A stretch of DNA of 63,297 bases, the filler included, from Choristocarpus tenellus KU-1152 (taxonomy: Eukaryota; Protista; Phaeophyceae), in NCBI GenBank assembly GCA_964200185.2. It is 11 parts of 11 records of this genome, joined end to end, with 100 filler letters (N's around TTAATTAATTAA, not from the genome) between each part and the next. Parts side by side here need not be neighbours in the genome. Positions count along the whole stretch, not along the records: positions 1 to 6,094 come from CAXNAD020008955.1; positions 6,195 to 22,397 come from CAXNAD020000862.1; 9 more parts are not named here. One strand, written 5' to 3'. Below are positions 1-14,907 of this stretch, in pieces; position 1 is the stretch's first letter, and the number at the start of each line of letters is the position of its first letter. The notes under the pieces were generated by a model. That model was not told the origin of the DNA and searched no databases. It worked only from the letters and a program-made list of their open reading frames with translations. The position numbers and the translations under genes are program-made.

Positions 1-204
1 CCCCCCCCCCCCCCCCCCCAGATACTTTGACCCACACATCTCAAACCCAAGGCACATATAGTCTACTGCTGATCAATAGAAATTAAAAAAAAAAACGCAC
101 CTAACAAAGGGGTAACCAATGCTGGTAGTACATTGGATACGTGAGATCTGCAGGTGTCACTCATAATTAGTGCAATGACAACAAAAAGGAGAGACCGGAC
201 ACAC

Positions 205-2169
205 CTGGATGGAAGAGATGAACCCCTCACTAGCCTCTAGAAAGAGTCGTAGATTGACACCTCCCACATTGAGCTCTCCCTTCAGGGACTGGTACTCCAC
301 CTGGAACTCGTGGTGGTTCCAAGAGACCTTATCGAGGTGGACCGTGCAAGGTTCAAAGTGGGCAAGGCGGTTTTACTTACATGGTGAGATTCAATCACAA
401 AAATTAAAAAAATCAAAGGTGTTTGTTACACCCATACCACTACAGAAAATAAAACTTAGTAACCACAAAACAATGGTTAAAAAACATTTTTTTTAAAGTA
501 GTACCAGAAGGAAGTGCAAAAAAATACATTTTTTTTTAATTCTACACTTGAATTAAAAAAATGTTGGGCTGCTTCACCATAATTGGTACAGATACAGTTA
601 CAGCTATAGTTACTTGCAGACAACAAAGTATCTACTGCTAAAAAGACCAACCGATATGTAGAACAAAAGTCTAACACCAACAATCCGTCACAAGCAACCA
701 CAGCTTACAGCACTTCATATTCACAACCTATAACACATCACACTCACAACCTACAACACTTCACATTCACAACCTATAACACATCACATTCACAACCTAT
801 AACACATCACATTCACAACCTACAACACTTCACATTCACAAACTGTAACACATCACATTCACAACCTACAACACTTCACATTCACAACCTACAACACTTC
901 ACATTCACAACCTACAACACTTCACATTCACAACCTACAACACTTCACATTCACAACCTACAACACTTCACATTCACAACCTACAACACATCACATTCAC
1001 AACCTACAACACTTCACATTCACAACCTACAACACTTCACATTCACAACCTACAACACTTCACATTCACAACCTACAACACTTCACATTCACAACCTACA
1101 ACACTTCACATTCACAAACTGTAACACATCACATTCACAACCTACAACACTTCACATTCACAACCTATAACACATCACATTCACAACCTATAACACTTCA
1201 CATTCACAACCTGTAACACTTCACACTCACAACCTACAACATTTCACATTGCCAGTGTACATCTGTACCCCAAGTAGGGAACTACACGAAGGACGAGTCT
1301 AGAATACATAGGGTTAGGGTTAGGCAGTCTAGAATACATGGTCAAGGTTAGGCACTTTCACACCTCGCCCCTGTCCTTAAGGCGCCACTGCCTCTTGAAA
1401 CCCTCCAGCTCAGACTCCAATGCAACCCTCAATTCTTGCCGCGTCTCCTGATTGACATGACACACATACAGGTGGATAAGTGTGTCTCTACAACAGAAAC
1501 AGTCCAAGAAAAAAAAACTATATACGTATATGCACCGTGTCAAAAAGAGGTACATCTACTATTGTAAGAAAAAAATGCTAAGAAAGGATATATATATATA
1601 TATATATATATGTACTGCATCAAAAAGAGGTACATCCACTATTGTGAACATGTGTTCTCAAGAAAGGTGCACCTTCCTCAACCCTGACTAAAACTCAACA
1701 CTTGGCCCAACCCAAGCCCCCTCCCCATTTAAAAATTCCTCCAGGAGTCGCAAGTAATGGAAAAAGTCCATTCACATCATCCGCTTGTCCAAACTTTCTT
1801 CGCACAGCTCTCACCGTCTCTAGAAAAAAAAAACTGAATCTAAAGCAACCATCTCTTCTCATACACTAGGTCTTGCATTCCCACTAGCTCCATCTCTCTC
1901 CAGCAAGAAGGTTACATTTACTTCTTTTTTTTTACGCAATGCCTTGTTTGTTCCTCGTTCCTAAGCATCCATTCCATCAATTACCCCCCAACCCCAAACA
2001 CATGTGGCTTTTTCTTGCACTCCAAAAAGGAATAACCTTGTAACTGACAAAACAAACAACGATGGGAGGGGGGGTTACTGGCTTGCACCAAGGTCCTAAG
2101 GGGTAGAGTGGAAACCAAGAGACTCAAATGAATTTAGTGTGTGTCAATCAAGAAACAAAAAACAATAAA

Positions 2170-2206
<37 letters not shown>

Positions 2207-5133
2207 GTCCCAACACATCTCAAAAGACAGACCAATTCACGACATCATCATGATTAAAAAGGATATGTAGCACAACCATACCAATATCCCCTCCACAAAA
2301 CCTATTCCACTCTCCAACCCAAAGTCAAAGGGGCTAACTAGCGCGTGGATATTCACCTCATTCCATATCAGATCGGGAAGACTCTGGTCCTGCAGCATCA
2401 TATGAAACATCACACGGAAGTTGTCTCCACATCTAACCTCCACCCCCCCTGCCCCGCCCCCTTCTCCCCCATCCACCCCCTCCCCATCCCCTCCCGAGTA
2501 CGACGAAGGTAGGTGACCTGCAGTACGCCTGCCAAGAGCGATCATTCGATCACACACCTCACCCCCACCCCCCTCACGAACGCCAATAACATCAGGAGTT
2601 CCTACATCATTGGCGTTGTTGTCGTCACCACCACTGCTCACACCCACCCCTGAACCCCAAGCGCCATGCCCTGCCTCTCCATGCTTAGAGTGGGAGGTCA
2701 ATTTGAGGAGTTCCATTTCATCCAGTTGGCGGAGTTCCGAGTCAGAGAGGGGGGGTATAGCCAGGAACTGGAGCATTCCAGGGGGGAGCATTCGTTCAAG
2801 GAGACCCTGCGACGCCACAGAGATGAGAAAAAAAAATAAGGTAAGGGTATAAGAGACATAACACACAGGAATGACACAAAATGTTTAAGCTGGTCAAAAT
2901 TGAATAGGCACAGGGGGGGGTGGGAGGCCAAGGTTGGTTCGGCTTCTCACGTAAGGAAAAGGAAGTGGGTGGGGTTGGTTGGTACTCATGGCGCTCTTTT
3001 TATTCAAAAGACAAGACGTGTATGCATTCAACCAGAACAACACCTAAGGACTGAAAACATCAACAAACATCCACATGTTTACACACGCACACTTGAAAAC
3101 AGGAAGAAAAAAAAAAGTATCAAATTGGGATCAATAATAATAATAATATTAGTAATAATAATATTAGTAATAATAATAATAATAATAATAATATTAGTAA
3201 TAATAATAATAATATTAATAATAACAATATTAATAATAATAATAATATTAGTAATAATAATAATAATATTAATAACAAAAATATTAATAATAACAATAAT
3301 AATAATAACAATATTAATAATAATAATAATAATAGTAGTAGTAGTACACAGCCCCCCTCCTCACTCTGCCTTCATTGGTGACTGTCTCCCCAGACGACCC
3401 CAGGGCTGCCCTACTACCCATCCATGTCCCACAGAGGTGTCTAGCAACACGCCTCCGTACAGGTGACGGGCTGACACACGCTATATGGAAGTGGTGAAGG
3501 AGAATGCCTTCAGACAGGGCTCTTTCCTCCAGGCATGCTGCTACCTCGGGTGCATTGTCCATCAAAGCCTTCAACATGAACACATAAGAATAGGAGGGTG
3601 AAAGTATGCAGAGGATACAGAGAGGGGATGATAGGCCATGGAGGGTTAGGGAACACCATAGAAGAAAAAAAAGAGGGGAAGGGGGGGGGGGGGGGGAGAC
3701 AATGGTAGAGGAAGGGGAAAAGCAGAGAATTGATAAAAGTAATGATTAGCACTGATGATAAAAAAACAATAATATTCATAATAATAATTTCTTTAAAATT
3801 GCAGACATTAGTCAAGAGTATTAGGGAGACGAAGGGAAGAAGGTGGACTTTAAAAAAGAGTTAATCTTGGAAAGGGTAGTACATTAAAAAAGAGTGACTC
3901 TGATAGTGAGTGCAAAATGCAGGAGTACCTGCATGAGCAGGATGGCGTCTTCGACAGTTTGGCCACAAGGAGAACTCAGCATGTCCAGCAGGGAGGAGAC
4001 GTCATCCCCAAGGAGAGATATCATTTGTTCATAAACCTGTACCAATGGGCAAAATTCATATCCAAGGAAAACCACATAATATAGTAGTGTGTGAGGAGCA
4101 CAGGTTGGGGGTATGGCTTTCTACACATTGTGGATGATGCTGACAAAAGAAAGGGTCATGTCAAGCAATTTCATGTGTGCAATATAGTGATGGGATCTGG
4201 AGAGTTCATGATTGACACCTCAAAAACTCCTCGACAAATGGCACCACCACTAGAGACAAGCTTAACACACATATTTACACTTAACGCATCATTTCTTAAC
4301 TTTCAAACATACTTTTACTTAAAGCACATACTCTTCAACTTACCGCACATAATTACACTTAACACATTCATTTAAGCTTAACAAATTCACTTAAGCTTAA
4401 CACAATACTTAAATTCAACTCACATTCTTAAGTTTGACACGCACACTCTTCAACTTAACACATATACCTACCCTTAAAACACGTATTAACACTTAACAAA
4501 CGCAGTTCTACCGGCCATCCCACCACCTCCTCACTCCCCTTCCCCCTCGAGAATACAAGTAGACCAGATGTGTTAAACTTTGAACAAACATTGAATGGAA
4601 AATCTACTGATGCTTCTACATGCCACAACACCCAACTGTGCAGCGAACACCCAGCCTCATGTTTGGACCAATCAAATTCAAAGGAATCAACAAAGCAAGG
4701 AAACAATAATATTAACAGTAACAATATCAACAACTCAGTGTGTACCATCACCAATGCCAGCCCAATGACCTGAAAAATCTCACCTCAATGCTCAGAGCAA
4801 ATCAATCCACCAATACACAACAACTACCAACAAAGAGAAATACCAACACCCCATTCCATCAATCCCCACCCAACCACTACCAACCCCCCCCCCACAGATT
4901 GCAAGAGTACTTATTCATCAGCTGAGCCGCCCCAGATATAAACTCAGGTGCAAAAAATCAAGAAACACCGAGATTTTTCCTTTCAATGTCTAAAAAAGAA
5001 AACATCCACAAACGCCTTCAATGCCTTTGCCCTCCTTTCAATACCTGCGGAGAGGTTGTATCCTTCCGCCCAACCACTACTGATTCCAACAGTGCAGCTG
5101 ATTCGGTGACCACCAGGGCACTGCATCCTCGGC
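205..5133 (-). CDS. DNAJC13: RME-8/DNAJC13 endosomal trafficking protein, partial, spliced (exons ~5045-5133, ~3929-4036, ~3365-3590, 2357-2806, 1364-1447, 205-327)
   Basis: Joined exons read ...DQSLPDLIWNE|ETRQELRVALESELEGF...|VSWNHHEFQVEYQSLKGELNVGGVNLRLFL and ALSEGILLHHF...RRRVARHLCGTW. These match the conserved RME-8 LIWN..TREEL..SWNH.EF.V.Y..L..E motifs. The exon junctions checked are GT-AG. Confidence 0.88.
705..1250. repeat. 23-bp minisatellite (TTCACATTCACAACCTACAACAC)n, intronic
   Basis: About 23 tandem copies with minor variants, seen directly. Confidence 0.95.
3132..3343. repeat. Degenerate (AAT)n microsatellite
   Basis: Seen directly; it explains the poly-I/poly-L ORFs. Confidence 0.95.
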
Positions 5134-5351
5134 CCTGTGGCAAGGGACATACAGCTACAAGATCAGAATCGTATAGTTAGGGATAGGGATAGGATAAGTA
5201 TTAAAATATTATCACTATTATAATTTTGCCTTTGATTAAAAAGCATAGGGATTATCTGGACCAAAGGTCAGAGGCATACACACACTGCTGTACCACTTCA
5301 CATAATGACTACTAACATAACTGTTACAATGTTACTAATTGTACCACGGAG

Positions 5352-5645
5352 TACGTAGTATGTAGTACATAGTACATAGTACATAGTCTATAGTATATAG
5401 TATATAGCATGTAGCACATAGTACATAGTATATAGTACATAGTATATAGCATGTAGTACATAGTATATACTATATAGTATATAGCTTGTAGTACATAGTA
5501 CATAGTATATAGCATGTATAAATATAGTACATCGTATATAGTATATAATATATACTATGTAGCATGTAGCATGTAGTATATAGTACATAGCATGTACCAT
5601 GTAGTATATAGTATATAGTATATAGTATATAGCATGTAGTATATA
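5352..5645. repeat. 7-bp degenerate tandem repeat (TAGTAYA/TAGCATG)
   Basis: Seen directly. Confidence 0.9.
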
Positions 5646-6036
5646 ACATATACCCAATGAACCGGTAGGGCTCCAAAAACTTCAGTCAGCTAACCCCATA
5701 TGAGGGCAATGAATGTGCCATATGAACAAGGCCAAGAGCATTAACAATACCACAAGACTGCTACACAAACACACTGCGTTGGTCTTGCATGCCAATAAAT
5801 TCATAGGACATTACCTCTCATCTTGCCTTGAAACACCAACACGCTTCTCAACTCCAAGTCCTCAAGCGCCTGAGCCAATAGTCCCAAAACCCTAACCCTA
5901 ACCCTAACCCCTAACCCCTAACTAAATCAATCATACAGTGGCCAATCACTACATGCGCACGAGTGTAAAAAACAGGGGAAAAAAAAAAGGGGCCTTGAAA
6001 ATTGTACACACTGCAGTACTCCCCCCCCCCCCCCCC

Positions 6037-6076
<40 letters not shown>

Positions 6077-6094
6077 ACTTCTCTACTCCCCGCC

Positions 6095-6194
6095 NNNNNN
6101 NNNNNNNNNNNNNNNNNNNNNNNNNNNNNNNNNNNNNNTTAATTAATTAANNNNNNNNNNNNNNNNNNNNNNNNNNNNNNNNNNNNNNNNNNNN
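6095..6194. other. Artificial contig linker (N run + TTAATTAATTAA + N run); identical linkers at 22398-22497, 28688-28787, 35438-35537, 39786-39885, 44338-44437, 49146-49245, 53682-53781, 57407-57506, 60349-60448
   Basis: Identical 100-bp spacer with stop codons in all six frames, repeated ten times. Confidence 0.98.
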
Positions 6195-6517
6195 CCAGTT
6201 GATCTTGGACAGCAGTACAGGATGGGGGACAAAAAAGTAATGATATACAAGAGACGCAACAAAGCACTCTTTCATACATGACAACCAAAGTGGCAGCTTT
6301 CTCTCAATAAAAAATGCACACTGCAACTTCTCTCAATAACAATGTCCAGCACCACTTTAGGTTTGAAGAGCGGCTAACAAAAGGGCAGGGGTTAGGGGGG
6401 AAGGAGGGGGACAGAGATGGTGTTGTCACACTTGAAAGTCATTTTCTATCTTTTGATATCTTGATTCAGGACAAGCACACATGACCAGCCCTTGGAGACA
6501 ACTTCAACAGTAAAACT

Positions 6518-9500
6518 CACGCGGGCTGTGTAACCTCCAAGTGTGTGGAAGTTGGAGGCTCCTGGTTTTCGGCAGGCCACATTGGGGTAGAGTCCAGCAC
6601 AGAGTACACTGGATAGAAGGGAGACATCTTTGCTGTTGACGTTTGATGATCTCCCCCTGGACCAAGAAGAGGGTATGGGGTACAATGGAAAGGCCGTTTT
6701 AGACAAGAGCACAGAATGACATGTTTTCCCTACATGGTACCACAAAATAAAATACGTACACGACAAGAATTGGAGGATATGGCAGAGCTAGGTTACGTTA
6801 CAAGGGGATTCAGGCTGGATTTGGATTAATTCAAGGCCCATTTGCAATTAGAAACACCACAGAAGGCTGCTGAACTCATGTCATTCTCTGTAGCATCTGC
6901 AGATCACAAGCAAAGTATGCCTTCCTTCCCTGGCAATACAGAAAGCTGTTTGTATCGAAGCTTTCTCAATCATGGTAATGTAACCAACAAACGAGTACCA
7001 AGTCTACTCTAGACAGTAGTTAGAGCACAACATAACTACATTCCACAGCCTTGCCATGGTGCACATGACAAGCACCAAAAAATGAATAAAGATATCACAA
7101 GAGGCTCCACCTAACCACATCAAAATTAAAAACCATAGCAGGCAATTCACATTTTGTCCTGAATAAAATCATGAATAAATCATTAAAAGACAATCGACAT
7201 GCACAAAGTCACACTGGTTACAAATTCCCCCTCCCCATATCCTACCCTTTCCTCCCTCAGACTGCAACAGCTGAGACTTAATATCTCACTCATAAGGGTG
7301 TGGGAGTCCGAAACCCTTGAGCTCCCTGGCCACCTGTCCACAGATGTCGGTTATCATACCCAGAGTGGAGGCACTCAGGTATGCCCGCTTAGCCAGTGCT
7401 CCTGCTGCCGCCTGGCCCCCTGCCGATGTGGCCTCAGTGTGCCTTTCCAAGGCTTGTAGCAGGGCGATGAGGTCACTCTCTGTACCCTGTTGGTGACAAC
7501 ACAATGTGGATTTCACAAAAAAACGTTAACTTGTGTGTGGGGCGTTTGAAATATTGATTGCTGGGTAGTGTGATTGGCTTATTGTGCATTGATAGGTCAG
7601 CAGATGAGCCGGTGCGCACAATCATGAGAAAAAGTGAAGGCTGATGAATGTGCATTGGAGGTGTGCATAAGTGTGTCGTAGTGGCAGTATCAAGTTAATA
7701 TTGTGGGACGTTGGGGAGAGGAGCTACCAGGACTTTGCTTGGGAAACAACATTCGTACTTTGTTGGAAATGGGGTGTTTCAATGAGGCCGCGTCTGAACA
7801 AGATGGGTGAAACACGTTGTGCAAGCATGGCATGAGCATACAGATAATTTGAATAGGTACAAGGATGCAGCAATAGAATGCATCAACTATCCATTGAATA
7901 AAAAAAGACACTCCAAGGCAATGTGCAGATCGTGTCAATGTTTGTTCCCCAATCTTGCATTTTCAAGAGACGCACACAAAAGCAGTGACAACATGTTCAC
8001 TGAACCAAGCTTGCACTGTTCACGATCAGTTGCTGGAACCAAGTGGTTGGGTCTCAGGGGGGAGCTGCAAGGACGTAGGCGTACAAGAAAAAGAAAAAAA
8101 ATGAATAAAAAAAAAGAGTGGAGGGGGGGCGAAGACGCTGAAGAAGAGGCCTTTCTTTTGAGTGAGCGGGGCACAGAGAGGTGGTACAGACCTGAGCGAG
8201 TGAGAGCTTGGCTTGCTTAGCCTCCTGCCTTTGAGAAGAGTTCATGGGCAACACAAAAGGATCCTTGTATGTCATGGCGCAGGCCACGCTAACAGACGGC
8301 CCAGCACAACCCAGGAGGTATGACCAGAGAACCATCTTCCCCACCCTGAGATGGATACAGCACGAGGCACAGGGACAACCATCACCACAACCAGTTACAA
8401 CAAGATTGAAGACAATTGAGAAAGTGATAGATACCTAGTAGTAAGTCAAGTGAAATATGGCGGGGATGTGGAAGGGGGATACAATCATTGAGACCACACT
8501 AGGGTTACCTCTTGGGCACAACGTACACTATTGCAACACTACTGCTCCACTACACCAACCCCAAACAAAGGCACATCAATGCAAACACAGTGACACGATG
8601 CAAATAATGTATCTGCAGGGATCCATTAGGAGAGGATGTGTGGTTACAAGTGGTTACAAGTGGTTGCAAGGCGTGTTTGCGAAACTGTCATATAAAACAA
8701 AAATAATAGTGACGAAAACAGTTTGACCTTGGGTCCAAGCTCATCCCCGCCAAACGAGTTCCCAAATCGGTGAGATCTTCATCTTCATCCAGGGCGCCCA
8801 GACTCTCAAGAAGCTGTACCGCATTTTGAAGGGATAAGTCTGGTGGGGGATCAATGGCCTGACAAGGTCGGGGACAGCACAAGGTGATGCGAGGCTCTCT
8901 TAAATTCCAAAGGGCATGCTAAGAGCATAGAGCTCTAGTTTGTAGGTCAGGAGATCAAGTTCTCTGGGAGGGGACAAATGTCTGGACAGGTATGCATTCC
9001 GCAGCGCAGAAAAACTAGGGTGAAATGTTATATTCATACATTCATACAAATATATATACTGGGGAGAATATATGCTTTCAGGTGTTTCATGCGCAATATG
9101 ACGCTGCAGTGGAGGGGTGCGGGTGAGGAGACGGGAAGGATAGGACAAGGGGGGGCAAGGGAGTGGGATGGGTGCATGGGTGGGATTAGACCTGTCGACC
9201 CTGCTGCTCAATTTGTTTATTACATAAAAGGTGTTCACAATAAATTTGAGAGATTGTTGCCAGTGGCAAATACTTGGGGGTATTTACTTTAGGCTTGCAA
9301 CAGTGGAAGTGATCAACCTCAGTGCAACACAACACGAAAAGAGAGGAAGGCGTGTATCATTAATTAAAGTGGTAAAATACATAGATATATTGAGAAATTG
9401 TAGACATAATCAGACAACAGGGTCAGGATGGTTGTCAATAAATTAAGCAAAGAAATCCATGGATTTTGAAAGGAGAGGATAAGCTCTCCAAACTTTCAAT

Positions 9501-12500
9501 ACATCCTATTCCAACATCCCCCCAAAAAACGACATGAAATAGTCAATTGCACTACCCAACCATATCTATGGCGTGCTGGATAATGCGCTGTGAGGTGCAT
9601 GATCACATTGTGTGTATACCAGTCAAAGCAGGCAAACAAAAGGTGACAACAAAAGCTCAGTTCATTTGACATCATGATAGCACCAACCTCAGCACCACAA
9701 GCCTGGACAGTTATTACAAATACTTTGTAACCCAAGAATAATGCTGATAGTGTAACTGTTACAAAACACATTTGGAATTGCAGTGTACAACAGCTGAGTG
9801 GCACTGACAGCAGAGTAAATGAAAGAAGAGGACCTGCGAAAGGAAGGACGCCACAGAGTTGGCTTCACCAGGCTTTCCGTCTGCCAACCCCAGCATCTTT
9901 GCCTGGAGGACAATTTCCTAGGGACGCAAGATGTAACAGGGAAAAATCCATGTGCCACATTGGGGGAAGAAGGGGGGAGGGGGCACATGAGCGACAACCT
10001 GGACTTCCTGTCTAATCAACTTGAAGGCTCCATTGTGATCGTGATCTACAAAGGCGTTGCTCCTCTGCCTAGCATTGTTTGGAATGGTCACGTTTGAGGG
10101 CCCAACAATCTGGATATTTGACCCCAGAAAAAAAAGAGAAAACATTTCACAGTTTCACAAGAGCAAGGGAACACTCTTTTCATCAAGGCTGTACGACACA
10201 GTAGACAGTCTTTCAATTGTTGAGAACCCCACCAAAAATTTCCACTCAGCATAAGCTCTGTAAGGCCCAATCAAACAGGACAAGGCGGCATTATCTACAA
10301 CGGTGGTGACAAACCTCATTGACTCTTGCTCAAAATCACCTCGCCACCCAAGCACCACAGAGATGTTTCAAAATCTTCTCCCCTCTACACGTCCCCATAA
10401 ACTCTTGACAAAATTATTTTTCAATTGACGCCTCCTCCAAATTTATGGAAAGAAACAAAAAAATTCCACCCTGGTGGTATTGCTGGCCTATACATACCTC
10501 CAAGGGTGTCCTCAGTAACTCCGATTCCTGGTGATCCTTCAAGGCCTCGTGCCTCCTGGAGCTAAAGAGGTGAAAGCACACACCAGCCTTGGTGCGACCT
10601 GCTCTGCCCCTCCTCTGTCGAGCAGAGGCCTTACTGACCCATTGTGGTACCAGTGTCCTGGCCAGGCAGTGGTCGAGTATAGTGAGAAATGGGAGGGGGG
10701 ATGTTCAAGTTGACACAGGTAGGCAAGAAATGGCAAGGTGATATGGGACTTCAGGTGATATGAGACTTCAGGTGATATGGGACTTCAGGTGATATGATAA
10801 CATGATTTCTGTGACGCAAATACTAACATATATTATGCACTACCATGACTGATGTTGATTGTTGGGAAGAAGTGTACAGCATGCACAGCGTCAGGTATGG
10901 AGTGGAACTCTAGTCATTGAACAAGGCATTCCTGATTGCAGACACAGTAAATGCTTCAGCAAGCTCTCAAGCCTGAAGCATCACCTTACAGAGCTAAAAT
11001 GCCGGGATAGAGGTTGAAATTTCTCACTGCATACTCCAAATTGAACAAGAACTGCACCAATATGACCACATACCGACCCCATCTCAAGCATAAAACACGT
11101 AACAAAGGACAAAACGATCGTATACAATATAATGACATAGCAGCAACGACGGACTGATTAAGTTAATCTTCTCGGAAATTTACTCCAATACAGCACAACT
11201 GACCGATCTATTTGTGTGTATATATTGTGGCATGACATGATGTGACATGATGCCATGTATACCAACATCCCTCCTCCACTAAAGTGCATACTCTGAGGTA
11301 TCTCACACAAATGTAGGTGCATCTCCAACATCTGTAACACGTGCATGTACACTCCACAGCAGATACTACCTCGAATGATGTGCACTACCCAATACTCTTA
11401 ATATGAACAAAGAATTATTTAACGAATCTCATGATAAACACCGTAAGCATCAATCAGAAAAGGCCCCTGCTCATTTCACCACACAGTCTGCTGAGGAACA
11501 CTACACGACCAGAGAGAGACTCTCCTCTTTATTCTGGGTACACAAGTGTTTGTTGCTGCAAGTTCTGTACATACAGCATGTGCCGTGTCTACAAAGGCAA
11601 ATGCTTTGCATTGGGGCCTGTCCATCCATCCCTGTTCCTCACTTCAGCTTGAGGTGGGGATCGTAGTTGGCTTCTTTGACCCTTCCGCTGTCAATAACAA
11701 ACGCGACATCGTTGATGGTTATGGACGTCTCCGCGATGTTGGTCGCCAAGACAATCTGAAGGAAAAAAAAGAAAAAAGAAAAAAGAACAAAATACAACAC
11801 AACACAACACAACACAACACAACAAAGAAAAAAGGCATACATAAATGAAACGAATCACGAAAGGACAATAACAGATATATTTTTTTATTTTACTTCATAA
11901 ATACGCAGACAAAGAATGAGCAATAAAACATAAAAGCAAAACAAAGAATGACTCGAGACATAATAACACCCAACATTCTGCGTTCAAGCACAGTACTGTC
12001 CATACCCATCACGTCAAATTGAAAATAACGAGCAGATGCAGTACCAATCCACTAGGGGAAGAGCGATACCTGGAAGGCATGCTCGATTCATTCTCACACT
12101 CCTCTAACACGGAGTTCGATGTAGTGTGCACACCAATACAAACACAAGAGGGCAGGACACAAGCTACAGAGTAATTCCCAATGCACACATCCTGGATGAA
12201 GAGATAGCTGATGCGATGGGTGCCTGCAACAACCAAATAAGAAATCGGTCTGCTCTGCCTGCCCACAACAATATCCCACCCTACTCAGTGCATTGTCCCA
12301 CCCCCTACTTCTTGTCCTTTCCCTTCTCTGATCCTCGAGCTCCCTAGACATACTTATACCACATCAACTAGTAATCATAAGACATGATGCTCCGGTGAGC
12401 AAGTACGTTAAGGGTCTTTCATTAGGCTCGGAGAATGCAAAGAGTTGTGGTGTTTTCTCCAAGGTTCAGTCCAGGGGACTGTCAAGGTGTTCAAAAGTCC

Positions 12501-13626
12501 ACTCCACGAGTCAATTCTTCTGATAGATCCGGTCCTAGGCTGTCACATACTAGTACTGTCCTGCCCAAGGGCTGGCTCAAGGCCTGGGTGACTGTGTAGC
12601 TAACCTATGGACAGTTGTAACTGTCATCAGAAATAAAGTATATCCCCAAAACATCGGCTGCGCATACTACTGCGATAGACACAAGCCAGACACCGGGCAG
12701 GCTTCAGCCTCAACAAAAAAAAAAGGATATTAAAAAAGAAAAATATGAAGATTTTGCTGCAAGGACAGAAACGATCCCACTGGCCATAGGGATGGAGGAT
12801 TTCAAACCGTTCCTTCATTTGACTTCTCACTTGAATTCACCTAGCAACAAGCCACAATATATACCTTACATACCCTCACCAAAGTAGTAGGTACAGACAC
12901 ACACACACACATACACATATAATGCAATTACAACACAAACGATGATGAACACCAATTGTAATCCACCTTGCGGCATCCAGAGGGTGGGCGTGCAAACACC
13001 TCTCTCTGCCTTCCGGTGGGAATGCCGGAGTGCAGAGGTAGAACACTGAACTTCCTCGTGTCGGAAAAGGTTTTGGATGATTGAAGGAGGTCTCCCAACC
13101 TGTATAAGATACATGTATAAGACACATGCAAAAACAAGGGTCCCATATTGAAAATAAATAAGAACACGCACACAAACCATGTATCGTGGGAAGTGGGCAG
13201 ACAGGAATGTGGGTGTTGGTATATTTGCCTGAAGCTAAGCATCATAAATAAAACGCGAGAGAATGGAACCAATCACTTCTCAAAAAATACTTAGTTCAAA
13301 CAAACTACATTTTATTATTTGTGGCATCAGAGTACTTCCCATCTTGCCTTGAGTTGATAAATGCTGCAAACATGAGTGAGTTGGTGGGTGAGCACAAGAG
13401 TTCAGAGTGAAGGCGGACCTGTGAGCAACCAATAGCTCTTAACAGGTTATCACTAATGACAGGGCAAACAGAGTGTGAAGGGGTGCGAGAAGGGGGGATT
13501 GAGACTTCGCTAACTGTCCAACCAAGCAAGTGGTTACATTGTGTAGAGCACATTGACACATCCTCGTGCCTGCATTTTCGGGCGCAGACGCACGTGTATG
13601 TGTGGCACACCAGCACAGAGAGGGGG

Positions 13627-13662
<36 letters not shown>

Positions 13663-14869
13663 CACCAAGCATCATAGCTACAAAAATGTAACCTATGATC
13701 AGCACTGCAGAATTTACAGCTAAATCACCTAAAATCCTACCCACCTAGAGATATCATCCCAGCCAGGTAGGAACACAAGCACAGCTCCCTCCTCATATGC
13801 AGAGTGGCACAAGTATCGGAGTAGGCACTCGATGAGTTCATAGTCAACCATCTCATCGTCGAATGCAAACTGGTATCTTCAAAGACACAAGGAGTTAAGT
13901 GCAGGGTAGCAAAATGGTCAACAGGAGGCAGGGATGGATACAAGAGTCAAATGGTGGGTGGAGAACAGGGTCAGGTAGGTGAAGGGAGGGCTGGATTGAG
14001 GTGCCAGTATGTTAATATTATTGCTATTCAAGTACCAGAACTTTCTCTTGGTTTGGAAATGCAACACGCCTTCGATGAATACATTAATACATCTCAATAG
14101 GGGCACATCCATTGGTAGGGATAGGGATAGTCCAGTCTTAGCCCTACTTTATTGAAGAGAGTACAGCACTCAGCTATGCACTCTCAGACACAACGGTTCC
14201 TTTTTTTACCACTGCAATCCCTACAGAGTCCAAAACAGACGCACATGAAATACAAGAAAAAATACCTTGACCACTCCAAGGGATGGTTGAATGGAACACA
14301 AGGAAAGAGGAACTCGCTCCTTCATTCAGTTGTACCTCTGGAGTAGTTCCTCTGCACGTTTGCCAGTCCCCACCCTCTCCCCACGAAACGTCCCCTTGCC
14401 ATCCCACTTCTGAGTCTGAGCAAGGGCATCATGCAACCCCCTCTGCATGTCATCTTCTTCAGCCAGAGCATCCTCCTCATTATCATCCTCTTCCTCTTCC
14501 CCCACCTCCCTCTCCCCCTCCCCCGCCTTATTCTCACCATCAACCCACATTTCCGAAGAGGTTGAGGCGTCCCCAGCACTGCCAGTGCTTACCTCCTCCA
14601 AACAGCCTTTGCTTTGGAGAGCACCTAGACCGCTCGACTCGAGAATAGACCTTCCAGGGGGAGTATCAAGTGCCGCTCTGACAGTGCTGTCCTTCAGTGG
14701 CAGTGCCTGTTGATGTGAGACAGTCAGAGGGGATTTCTCGCCAATTGGATTTGAAACATGCAGAGCTTATTCTTTTCTGTGTGTGTGCTTTTTTGGTGTG
14801 AATTGACAAGCTTGTGGTCAAAAACCAATCAACAACAAAAGGGAGAGTAGATTAAAAAAAACACAATCG

Positions 14870-14907
<38 letters not shown>

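Noticed and set aside
2900-3466. Poly-I/L, YYI-, VRVR-, LGLG-, LNPS- and FIIFIV-type ORFs (also 5324-5676, 23753-24073, 31057-31317, 44382-44988)
   Set aside because: They are translations of micro- and minisatellites
6095-6194. TTAATTAATTAA palindrome recurring ten times
   Set aside because: Always embedded in identical N runs, so it is an artificial six-frame-stop contig linker
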